Made by a program: the position numbers and the translations under genes. A DNA stretch of 64,000 nt from Patescibacteria group bacterium (lineage in GTDB: Bacteria; Patescibacteriota; Patescibacteriia; JACRDY01), in NCBI GenBank assembly GCA_041653535.1, contig JBAZFH010000002.1, positions 7,209-71,208 of the forward strand, in the 5' to 3' direction. Below the pieces are notes generated by a model. That model did not search any database and had not been told where the DNA came from. It worked only from the letters and a program-made list of their open reading frames with translations. Positions 16,951 through 25,515 of this stretch are shown in pieces; positions within the stretch are counted from its first letter, which is position 1, and every line of letters starts with the position of its first letter.

Positions 16951-19900
16951 TTATTGCGCAACATCGCCATTATCTGGAACTGGGGCAGGTTCAACTGCAG
17001 GCTCTGGAGTTGGTTCGGGTTCTGGGGCGGGTTCTTCAACAACAGGAGCTGACTCTGGTTCAGGATTGGGTATTGGCTCGGGCACGGGCTCTGGCGCTGG
17101 AGTTGGTTCAGTAATAGTTTCTTCCGGTTCTTGCTCTGGTTCAGAGTTTGGTGTTGTTTCTGCTTCAGGTTCGGTTGGTGCTAACTCTTCGGGAGTAGTT
17201 ATTACTGGCTCTGGTTCAGGAGTAATTTCAGATTCTGGGGCTTGTGTTGCTTCCACAACCACGGTAAATGCATTGCCCTTTTGGGCAAATACATGCCAAT
17301 CAAAAGTTATGTCGCTTGTTTGAGCAGAAGAAATGTTAACGGTAAATCCGTTTGGCGTTTTATTATTAACAAAGAATGAAACAGCCTGGTCTGGCGTTAT
17401 AGTGATTGCGGGTTTTTCTGTGTATGGAGTTGCAAATGTAATATTTGCTGAAGTTTGACCAGCCGTTATTATGGCCTCTCCAACCGTATCTTCGCCTAAG
17501 ACTACATGACCAATAACTGATAATGCTCCAGAAATTGTTAATTCGTTTAAAGAAATAACCGAAATACCACCGGAACCGCTCTCGCTTGCCAAAGTTAATT
17601 GATTTTGAATTTCTTCAATCTCCTTTTGCTGGTCTTGAATGGCCTTTATTGCCAGTACACTTAACTTAGGATAGTCAACACCGCCCAAAACCGCCACACC
17701 ATTTTCATCATAATTATAAGTATTGAGCAAAGGATCAACTTCGGCTACTTCTTCGGCAATCAAACCAACTTGCTGTTTGTCCATATCGCCGGATAAACCA
17801 TGATATGTGTCTTTGTTCCAGTAGTAAGTTACCGGTCGCAACTTCATTGCTTCATCTAAACCAAAATGTAAATCTTCAACATTTGTTTTGTAAACGCCCA
17901 AAGAAGAATTACAAGCACTAGCAGAATAAGTAATACTTCCGCCGTTATTACACAAATAGCTCGTTCCAACACTCGAGCCCAAACCATTTATTGTTAAACC
18001 GCTAGCGCCGACATTCATAGTTACTCCAGCCGCGGCAGAATCAAAAACTAGAGGAGTTTGCCAAGTGGAGCCGTTCCAATACGAAATACCAAAGTCATTG
18101 CGTTCACTCGTTGTTGAATACGCGTCTCCGCGGCCATACAATTGCCAGCCTTTCGTGCTTGCACCACTCAAACCAGAGGTATTTCCACCTTTAGTTACAA
18201 ATTCCAGATTAACGGCTGAGTCCCCCGCGGTTCCGGCTGTGCCTAAAATTTCCGAACCCACAATGTGCAATGCGGCTTGAGGAGCTGTCGTCCCGATGCC
18301 GACGTTGCCATCATTGTAATAAAGCGCCGTGCCATTACTTGTCCATTGATCCGCGCCTTCAACCGCCGGATAAAATTTAACGGTTACAGTATCATATCCC
18401 TGGGTCACCCTATAATAATTACCCTTTTTTATCGGTACCATGGCCGCGCCATATTTCGTATAGAGATTTTGATCATCACCTTGGCGCCACACAACAGTTT
18501 CGGGCGGATTGGTTGTGCCGACATAAATATACAAATCATTCATGTATGATCCGGAATAAACGGCACTCAAATAACCATCCGTGCCTGCTTGATAAATGAT
18601 ATCCGTAACCCTTGTTTGCCCATTGGCATAGTCAGGAACACCCATCCCTCCTCCACCATCTCCACTGCCGGTTCCTCCGATTACTCGCCAATAGGAAGTC
18701 GCCGCCGTTCCGGTTGAATCGTATTGCAGCGTCACCGAAGCATTAGCGGCAATAGTCAAATCCGCGTCGGTGCCAGTCAGAATTTTGTTGCCATCGCTGG
18801 ATGATGCGGAACTGTTGGAAAGAGTTACGGCGTTCGCCGCGTCCACATTCATAAGAGTAAGAATTTTCCCATCCGCTCCGCCGGCGATACCGGTAATCGT
18901 TTGAGCTGTGCCTGAAGTATCCAGTTTGATAAGCGACACATTGCCAAAATTCACATTGTTGGCTGATCCGGCAGTGGTGTAGGTCGTTCCGGCTTTAAAA
19001 GCTACCGCTCCCTGGATGTCCATTGAAAGTCCGGTTCCGGAATTGGCAATCGAAAGTCCTTTAGCACTGGCGCTGGCGTTACTTATATTTAAAGATAAAA
19101 TATTTCCTGAAGCGCTGGCGCTTGAAGTCGCCAAATTCAAAAGTCCTCCACTAGTGAGAGTATTGCCAGTCATTGTGAGACCAGTTTGTGTCGTTGCCGT
19201 TGACCAAGCCCAAGTGTGAGCATAACTTCGATTATCCAAAGATCCATTGGCGGTCGCGTCAACCAAACTACTTAACGCCACACCGGATGAAGCGGTCGAG
19301 CCGATTTGAGTGATCGATGCAAAAGATTGCCCTCCCATTATTGTTCCAGAGCCTGCAAACGCAACCAGTTTTACTTGCTGATTTGTTGTTGGCGTATAAA
19401 TAATGCTACCCGATTTGCTCTCATAGGCGGCGGCTGAATTACCCATTCCTGTATTTGCAACTAGGTTAGTAGCACCATCATTGTCCCGCCAAGCAACATC
19501 AAACTGAGCTGAATTACTAGTATTACGCAAACTATATGAAAGTTCATAGGTTTTTCCGGCAGTCAAAGTAAACACGCCTGTGGAAGTATTATAAGGAATA
19601 TTACCGCTAACCTGTGTATTGAACAGAATTGTGGTGCCGTTACTAACATCCTGATTAGATGAGCGTGTGACCATTATATACTCCACTGTACTAACCACAT
19701 TCGTCCCCATGGCCGACCAGCCCTGAATCGGGATGGAAACATGCAATGAAAAACTTCTGTTTGCGGCATTCTCAAACCAATCAGAGCCAACCACATAATG
19801 ATTTTCTGAGTATTCTTCTGTCTGAGCAATATTTAATTTATTTGGTGTTGCTCCTCCCCACACATACGCTGTCAGTATTTTTCTATTTTGATCTGTTGTT

Positions 19901-22900
19901 TGATTATAATCTCCATAACCATAACCAATATTTGTAGCTCCTTGACTTGGGACGCTTCTTGCGGCGGCAGACTGCAAAACAAGATTAGTGGTGTCAATAT
20001 TGTATCCGCTAGGGATCGGCAATAGATATGTACCCGATCCACTATTACCGGCAACACTCATATAGTAGTCGTATTCTATTTCCATATTCTGCCCGACTCT
20101 TCGCCACCGCATTTTGTTGATGGTCACAGTACCGCCGCTTGGAGCAGTGCCGGTGGACTCTATGGAGAAGGTGCTGGTTTGCCAGTTGGTTATGGTTGCC
20201 ACATCTCCGTTCTTGTTTTGCGATGAAATCAACACATTTGAACCGTCGGACCGAAAGACGACACTTTCACCCTGGTTATACAAGTAAACATCTTTGGTTA
20301 TGCCGTCTATGGTTTGTCCGGAAGAAGCAGAGATTTTAACAAAATTAGTTGAGCTATCGGTTTTATAGACTTCAATCAGTTGTCCACTATTTTCGACTGC
20401 CGTCGGCAAGGTAACCGTTACAGATGCGGAAGTCGCATCGACTTTGACTGTTCGCGTCCAACCCGCCAATGTCGCATCGGCAGTTATACTCTGTAGTGTC
20501 GTTGCACCTCCTCCGCCGCCAACAGATGACCCATTCCATTGAAGTGATCCAGAACTATTGCTTAAAGCCGTTCCGCCGATGTAAATGGAACTTTCGGAAA
20601 CATAAGCGTCTTTCCATTGCTTGGTACTTGAACCCAAATCATATGTTTCGTCGGTTCCCGGCAAAAGATTTCCGTTTATAGTAACGTTTCCATCTAAAAT
20701 AATATTTCCTTTCAAGGTAATCGTATCAAGAGCCGAACCAATAGTTACGTTATCGGCTGTCGTATTGTCGGAAGCTATATTTATAGTATTGCCAGCTGTG
20801 CCTGTGCCAATGCTTATTGTTTTTGCATTATTACCAGTGCCAATATTTACTGCTCCTGTAGAATTTGAATCCAAAGTAATCGCCCCCGTACTGCCCGATG
20901 TAATTGATAAAGCTCCGGAGCCCGCAAGAGAAGCAACATTTGAAAGCGCACCGGCATTAATAACCAGACCATTGATTGTATTAGTAGATGTGGCGCCGGT
21001 AATGGCGCCGGTCACGCCAAGCGTTCCAGCAATAAGAGTGTTTCCACTCGCAGCTGTGACAGTAAATTTGTCGGTATTTATGGCCAGGTCGCTGGCTAAA
21101 TTTAACCCTCCGCCTGAAGTAAAATCTGTTCCAGCTGCGCCGATGTTGAGCATCAGACCGTTTGCCATATCCACATTACCGGAAGTCATAGTTAAACCGG
21201 TAATGCCCGAGAGCGCACCAGAATTTATAATTAATCCGTTTATAGAATTTGCTAAGGTCGGCGCAATGATAGCTGAAGAGAAAGTTTTAGTTCCGCCAAT
21301 TGTTTGTGATTGGGTTGTGTCAACAAGGCCAGACCATCCGGTGTTAAGCGAATCACTAGTTTTAACATAAAGCACGCCGTTTGCGGTATCAATTGCTAGC
21401 GAGCCTTCGTTGGCCGCAATTGAGCTTTCCGGAGTTCCGGCAGTATTAAAAATTCCAAAAGTATCAGTGCCATCGGCAAAATTCATCCATTGTCCAGCCG
21501 AAGTCCTGGTATATTTTGGCAAGCCTCCGCTGGTGATTGCAAAAGTTAAATCGTTACCAGCCAAAGTAATACCAGTTGCAGCATCAAGTGTTAGGGCATC
21601 AGCAAGCTTGGTAAAATTTAGCGAATCGTCAGCCAAAGCAATTGTCACAGCCGCATTTTCTGTTCCAGAATTGGCAATTGTAAAAATACTTTGTCCGCTG
21701 TCTGCAAGTGTTGCAATATAGTTTCCAGTAGTATCGGTAGCAAGAGTTACTTTGTCTGCGCCAATTGTAGCTGCGCCAGTATTATCTATTGTAATGTCTC
21801 CAGACATTACAACGCCTGTTGCCACGTTTGAACTGTTGCCAACAAAAATTAGGCCGCTGTTCAGACTTTTTGCAAGTTTTTCAGTGTCCAGTTCAACAAT
21901 GGCGTCTTGTACGTTTGTGGCAACAATATTTCCACTGACTATATTGTCAATTTGGTCTGCATCATAATCATGTGCAGAGGCTGTAACAGTGCCTTGCCTG
22001 CCAAAAACAGAATCAACGGCATTTGAATTATCAAGCTTTTCCCATTTTGTGCCGTTGTGCACCACCCAATCTCCCACAGTGTAAACAATTGCACCGCTGC
22101 CAAGATTTTGAGAACCGCCTGCCGCAACTACATAATATTTTCCCTGTTGGCCGCTAGTAGGAGCGTCAGCCAAGGTTGGTGTGTTGTTTGAAGCGTCCCA
22201 AGTTCCCTGGTACACAAGCGCTCCCGTAATACCAGAAAGAAAATTCGCTCTTGTGATTTGTCTTACTGCGCTGGCGCTGGAATCATATATAGGAATCAAG
22301 TCTGCGTTATCAATTACACCTTCGCTTGTCAGTCCGCTAATATTTAAAGAAAAAGCCCCACTTGAAAGTGAAAGCCCTGTGCCGGCCGTGTAAGTAGTAT
22401 TATTGTCGGTTGAGCATGCCCAAGCTGAACCATTCCACTTTATTATTTCATTTGTAGCACAACTATTTTGTCCCAATTTACCAAAAGTTATAGTTGAGTC
22501 AGCGATGTCGGCAGTGGCGATCGTGCCGTCAATAATTTCAGAAGATTCAATTGAAGCACCTAAACTTGATGAAAGCGTGCCACTAGAAAAACTCAATCCA
22601 GTACCGGCAAGATTAGTATAAGTATTGCCACCAAGAATAAAGCCGTTACCGAAAGATTGAATGCCCGTCCAGCTGTTGGCATTAGTCAAATCAAGCGCGA
22701 AAGATGAACCGGAAAGCGAAAGTCCGCTTCCAGCGGTATAGCTCGTACCACCCGCGTCTGCCGCCCAAGTAGGCAGTCCGCCGGATAACTTTAAAACTTG
22801 GCCATCGGTGCCGGCTGATAAAAGCGACCAGGCATCGGACGAAGAAAACAACATGGCTCCATTGGTAGCGGTGTCAGATGTATAAACCGGCGCAGTAACA

Positions 22901-23094
22901 CCGCAATTGCTATCTGCAGGACCGCAAGCTGGCGTAAGTGTTTGGCCAGGAGAATACATAACCGCTCCTGCGCTTTGAGGAAACACGACACAAAGCAATA
23001 AAATCAAGATGACAAATTTGCTTATAATATTTAAAAAATTATTTACCATACTATAATGAAAACAGCCCAATCTAAAAAGATTTGGGCCGCTCAT
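16951..23094 (-). CDS. giant (2,047 aa) secreted/surface protein with tail-fibre-like repeats, Peptidase_S74-type intramolecular chaperone domain and P/E-rich C-terminal tail
   Basis: Signal peptide (alternative start at 23049 gives MVNNFLNIISKFVILILLLCVVFPQSAGA); repeated YTAGSGLSLSG.FSL units; LRPVTYYWNKD...QVGLIAEEVAEVDPLL matches S74 chaperone-of-endosialidase motif; C-terminus PEPEPVPEPIPNPEPE low complexity. Confidence 0.9.
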   Translation of the reverse strand: MSGPNLFRLGCFHYSMVNNFLNIISKFVILILLLCVVFPQSAGAVMYSPGQTLTPACGPADSNCGVTAPVYTSDTATNGAMLFSSSDAWSLLSAGTDGQVLKLSGGLPTWAADAGGTSYTAGSGLSLSGSSFALDLTNANSWTGIQSFGNGFILGGNTYTNLAGTGLSFSSGTLSSSLGASIESSEIIDGTIATADIADSTITFGKLGQNSCATNEIIKWNGSAWACSTDNNTTYTAGTGLSLSSGAFSLNISGLTSEGVIDNADLIPIYDSSASAVRQITRANFLSGITGALVYQGTWDASNNTPTLADAPTSGQQGKYYVVAAGGSQNLGSGAIVYTVGDWVVHNGTKWEKLDNSNAVDSVFGRQGTVTASAHDYDADQIDNIVSGNIVATNVQDAIVELDTEKLAKSLNSGLIFVGNSSNVATGVVMSGDITIDNTGAATIGADKVTLATDTTGNYIATLADSGQSIFTIANSGTENAAVTIALADDSLNFTKLADALTLDAATGITLAGNDLTFAITSGGLPKYTRTSAGQWMNFADGTDTFGIFNTAGTPESSIAANEGSLAIDTANGVLYVKTSDSLNTGWSGLVDTTQSQTIGGTKTFSSAIIAPTLANSINGLIINSGALSGITGLTMTSGNVDMANGLMLNIGAAGTDFTSGGGLNLASDLAINTDKFTVTAASGNTLIAGTLGVTGAITGATSTNTINGLVINAGALSNVASLAGSGALSITSGSTGAITLDSNSTGAVNIGTGNNAKTISIGTGTAGNTINIASDNTTADNVTIGSALDTITLKGNIILDGNVTINGNLLPGTDETYDLGSSTKQWKDAYVSESSIYIGGTALSNSSGSLQWNGSSVGGGGGATTLQSITADATLAGWTRTVKVDATSASVTVTLPTAVENSGQLIEVYKTDSSTNFVKISASSGQTIDGITKDVYLYNQGESVVFRSDGSNVLISSQNKNGDVATITNWQTSTFSIESTGTAPSGGTVTINKMRWRRVGQNMEIEYDYYMSVAGNSGSGTYLLPIPSGYNIDTTNLVLQSAAARSVPSQGATNIGYGYGDYNQTTDQNRKILTAYVWGGATPNKLNIAQTEEYSENHYVVGSDWFENAANRSFSLHVSIPIQGWSAMGTNVVSTVEYIMVTRSSNQDVSNGTTILFNTQVSGNIPYNTSTGVFTLTAGKTYELSYSLRNTSNSAQFDVAWRDNDGATNLVANTGMGNSAAAYESKSGSIIYTPTTNQQVKLVAFAGSGTIMGGQSFASITQIGSTASSGVALSSLVDATANGSLDNRSYAHTWAWSTATTQTGLTMTGNTLTSGGLLNLATSSASASGNILSLNISNASASAKGLSIANSGTGLSMDIQGAVAFKAGTTYTTAGSANNVNFGNVSLIKLDTSGTAQTITGIAGGADGKILTLMNVDAANAVTLSNSSASSSDGNKILTGTDADLTIAANASVTLQYDSTGTAATSYWRVIGGTGSGDGGGGMGVPDYANGQTRVTDIIYQAGTDGYLSAVYSGSYMNDLYIYVGTTNPPETVVWRQGDDQNLYTKYGAAMVPIKKGNYYRVTQGYDTVTVKFYPAVEGADQWTSNGTALYYNDGNVGIGTTAPQAALHIVGSEILGTAGTAGDSAVNLEFVTKGGNTSGLSGASTKGWQLYGRGDAYSTTSERNDFGISYWNGSTWQTPLVFDSAAAGVTMNVGASGLTINGLGSSVGTSYLCNNGGSITYSASACNSSLGVYKTNVEDLHFGLDEAMKLRPVTYYWNKDTYHGLSGDMDKQQVGLIAEEVAEVDPLLNTYNYDENGVAVLGGVDYPKLSVLAIKAIQDQQKEIEEIQNQLTLASESGSGGISVISLNELTISGALSVIGHVVLGEDTVGEAIITAGQTSANITFATPYTEKPAITITPDQAVSFFVNNKTPNGFTVNISSAQTSDITFDWHVFAQKGNAFTVVVEATQAPESEITPEPEPVITTPEELAPTEPEAETTPNSEPEQEPEETITEPTPAPEPVPEPIPNPEPESAPVVEEPAPEPEPTPEPAVEPAPVPDNGDVAQ

Positions 23095-23166
23095 GAGCCG
23101 CGTAGCTTATTTTTATTTATTATAACAAATTTTTATATATCCAATAATATTAGCCTGTGGATAAAA

Positions 23167-23985
23167 TTACTTTTTCATCCAATTTAAATGTCTATATCCC
23201 ACAAAATCTCCCAGATCGTCATAAAACGGCGAAGCTATACTTTCGCAATCTACAAAGTGACCATCTTTGTGTTTTGCTCGAAAACATGGGATCCGGAAAG
23301 ATTGTCTTTTATGAAATAAAGCTTTCTGATTGTTATCACGCCACTCCGCTTCGTCGGGCGCATACAACTCTCTAACGTTTCTACCCAATAACTCTTCCTG
23401 TTCGTAGCCGTAAAAATTTCTTACTTGTTTGTCCACATACAAAAAATTGCCGCTTGAATCCATTTCCGTAACAAAGTCGCAATGGTTTTGAGAGTCAAAC
23501 TTATTGCGCGACTCAAAGGCCTCGTCGGGGAAAATAACTTTATCAACAATTCTTAATATATAGTCACGGCCGTTTTCCTGAAATGATCGCATACAAATTA
23601 CAATCGGAACCTCGCTTCCGTCTTTTGCCTTGTGACTAGTATCCCAGCGAAAGTATTTAAATTTGGTAATTTTTGAGATAAAAATTTTATCCACACTCCT
23701 CTGCTGTTCGCTAAAATAAAGTTCGTTGACATTTTTACCAACTATTTCGTTCAATGAAAAACCAATATTCCTTTCAATAGAAGGACTGGCGTTGACTATC
23801 TTTCCATCATAGGATGTAAGCAACAAATATCTGTTAGACTCGTCTCCATCGGCAATACCATTAAAACGCACAATTTTTCCACAACGGTCGCATTTAAGCT
23901 CCTCATAGCTTTTAAGCAACATCCCTCTTATAATCAAACGATTACAGCCGTCACAACGATATTCGTGTAATAGATAAGAGTCCAT
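23167..23985 (-). CDS. Zn-ribbon (Com-like CxxC...CxxC) plus tandem PAS-domain protein without output domain
   Basis: Start at internal ATG (MDSYLLHEYRCDGCNRLIIRG...CDRCGKIV); two PAS-like segments (GKNVNELYFSE..., LGRNVRELYAPDE...). Confidence 0.7.
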   Translation of the reverse strand: MDSYLLHEYRCDGCNRLIIRGMLLKSYEELKCDRCGKIVRFNGIADGDESNRYLLLTSYDGKIVNASPSIERNIGFSLNEIVGKNVNELYFSEQQRSVDKIFISKITKFKYFRWDTSHKAKDGSEVPIVICMRSFQENGRDYILRIVDKVIFPDEAFESRNKFDSQNHCDFVTEMDSSGNFLYVDKQVRNFYGYEQEELLGRNVRELYAPDEAEWRDNNQKALFHKRQSFRIPCFRAKHKDGHFVDCESIASPFYDDLGDFVGYRHLNWMKK

Positions 23986-24015
23986 AAAATATGTTATAAT
24001 ATTATAACATATTTT
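23986..24015. promoter_or_regulatory. 30-bp perfect palindrome AAAATATGTTATAAT|ATTATAACATATTTT in divergent promoter region
   Basis: Lies exactly between the start of the PAS gene (23985, minus) and the MFS gene (24026, plus); contains TATAAT -10-like hexamers on both strands. Confidence 0.5.
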
Positions 24016-24025
24016 ATAAAAAACA

Positions 24026-25249
24026 ATGAATAAACTCCGCAATATTTTTTTATGGGCGCTCTATGACTTTGCCAACTCTTTTGTTTATATCGCTTTCTTT
24101 TTGTATTTCAGCCAGTGGGCAGTGGCTGACAAAAATGTCCCTGACATTTGGTTTAACCTTTGCCTTGCCACCTCTTCTGCTATTTTATTACTAACTGCTC
24201 CGTTTGTAGGAATAAAACTTGATGAAAAATGGCAGAACATTTCTGGCCTACGTGTTACCACCATTGCGATTATATTTTTTTATGGACTCACGGCATTTTT
24301 CGCGCTCAAAAATTATGCCGTTCCAGCTCTTGCATTTTTCACCATCGGCCAATATTTTTTTGCTTTATCATTTTCTTTTTATACTCCGCTTATCAATGTT
24401 ATTTCTCCGCCAAATAAACGCGGCTTGGTTTCGGGAATTGGTTTTGTGGGAAATTTTATGGGAAATATCGCGGGGCTGTTGCTTGCTGCGCCTTTTGCAA
24501 CAGGGAAAATAAATTTATTTGGCGAATTAAGCCGCGCCGAAACTATAGTACCGGCGATCAGTGCTTTTTTGTTATTTTCCCTGCCAATGCTGCTGTTTTT
24601 TAAAGAACCTAAAAAAGAAAACACAACCACTCAGCTTGAGGGAAATTTTTTGCAAAAAGCAACGAGTATTTTTCAAAATCGTAATATTTTAATATTTCTA
24701 ATTTCGTTTAGCTTATTCAATGGAGCCATTCTTACGGTAATAAATAATTTACCAATTATTTTTGAAAAGGTTTGGAATACAACAGATAATACTAAGGCGC
24801 TTATAACGCTAGCAACGGTTATTGCTTCGGTAATCGGCAGTTTCCTCTTTGGTCATTTTGCCGATAGATTTGGAGATAAAAAAATCCTTGTTTTAATACT
24901 TATAAGCTGGATTGTTCTATTGCCAGTCACAGCCATAATGCTGAATTTTTATTATTTTGTCATATGTTGCATTATAAGCGGATTGTTTATCGGTGCAAAT
25001 GCAACCGTATCCCGAACAACAATGACCAATCTGGCCACAAATAAAAATTATAACCTGGGTTTTTCGTATTTTAATATTATTGAACGCGCCTCAATTATTA
25101 TCGGTCCCATAATTTGGGGAACTGTTGTTTCAAGTTTTACTAGTTTTGGCATAGCGCGCTATCAATTTGCCCTATTAGCAATGGCGCTAATTGTTTTCTC
25201 TGGTTTAATTTTTTTGTTAAAAAAAAGCCGCCCATTTTCTAGCGGATAA
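24026..25249 (+). CDS. MFS transporter (UMF1-like)
   Basis: 12 predicted TM helices; N-terminal LYDFANS motif. Confidence 0.8.
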   Translation: MNKLRNIFLWALYDFANSFVYIAFFLYFSQWAVADKNVPDIWFNLCLATSSAILLLTAPFVGIKLDEKWQNISGLRVTTIAIIFFYGLTAFFALKNYAVPALAFFTIGQYFFALSFSFYTPLINVISPPNKRGLVSGIGFVGNFMGNIAGLLLAAPFATGKINLFGELSRAETIVPAISAFLLFSLPMLLFFKEPKKENTTTQLEGNFLQKATSIFQNRNILIFLISFSLFNGAILTVINNLPIIFEKVWNTTDNTKALITLATVIASVIGSFLFGHFADRFGDKKILVLILISWIVLLPVTAIMLNFYYFVICCIISGLFIGANATVSRTTMTNLATNKNYNLGFSYFNIIERASIIIGPIIWGTVVSSFTSFGIARYQFALLAMALIVFSGLIFLLKKSRPFSSG

Positions 25250-25283
25250 AAAATAATTATGCAGGCATCTTTTTGCTAAAACT

Positions 25284-25492
25284 CTTTATTTACTCAGGTT
25301 CAAACTTGGTAATCTGGCGGTGACGATGTCCCGAAGTTAGAACCTAAAACGTCTTATAGACGGCCAACTTTCTGGACTCTTGATCCTATTATAAAGAATT
25401 TGAGGCATATGCACAAAGAACATCCAGAATGGTTTGAGGTGCCTAAACCTAAATCTGATAATGGTAAAAACGTAATCGAATATTCTATCTGA
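25284..25492 (+). repeat. copy B of the repeated peptide-coding fragment (open frame 25313..25492; C-terminus HPEWFEVPKPKSDNGKNVIEYSI*)
   Basis: See copy A; it converges on the RM gene stop (25516). Confidence 0.5.
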
Positions 25493-25515
25493 CTTGAGAG
25501 TAAGTAATGTTGAAT

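Noticed and set aside
16951-17300. Periodic PEPEPxPEP DNA repeats considered as a CRISPR-like or tandem array
   Set aside because: The periodicity is in-frame and codes a Pro/Glu linker. There are no conserved direct repeats with unique spacers.
16880-17323. G/S-rich 147-aa plus-strand ORF
   Set aside because: Antisense translation of the P/E-rich tail codons (GAG/CCA repeats) of the giant protein.
17323-22991. Numerous plus-strand ORFs (for example 18065..18280, 20621..21370, 21410..21721) inside the giant gene
   Set aside because: All are antisense to the 2,047-aa minus-strand ORF. Their translations are low-complexity A/V/P-rich mirror images, and none has an independent RBS or motif.
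25312-25320. Shared 9-mer ATCTGGCGG next to both copy B and the tRNA-Ser 3' end, tested as an att-like direct repeat of the tRNA 3' end
   Set aside because: Similarity does not extend beyond 9-10 nt and the copy B segment cannot be folded as a tRNA 3' half. Treated as coincidence.
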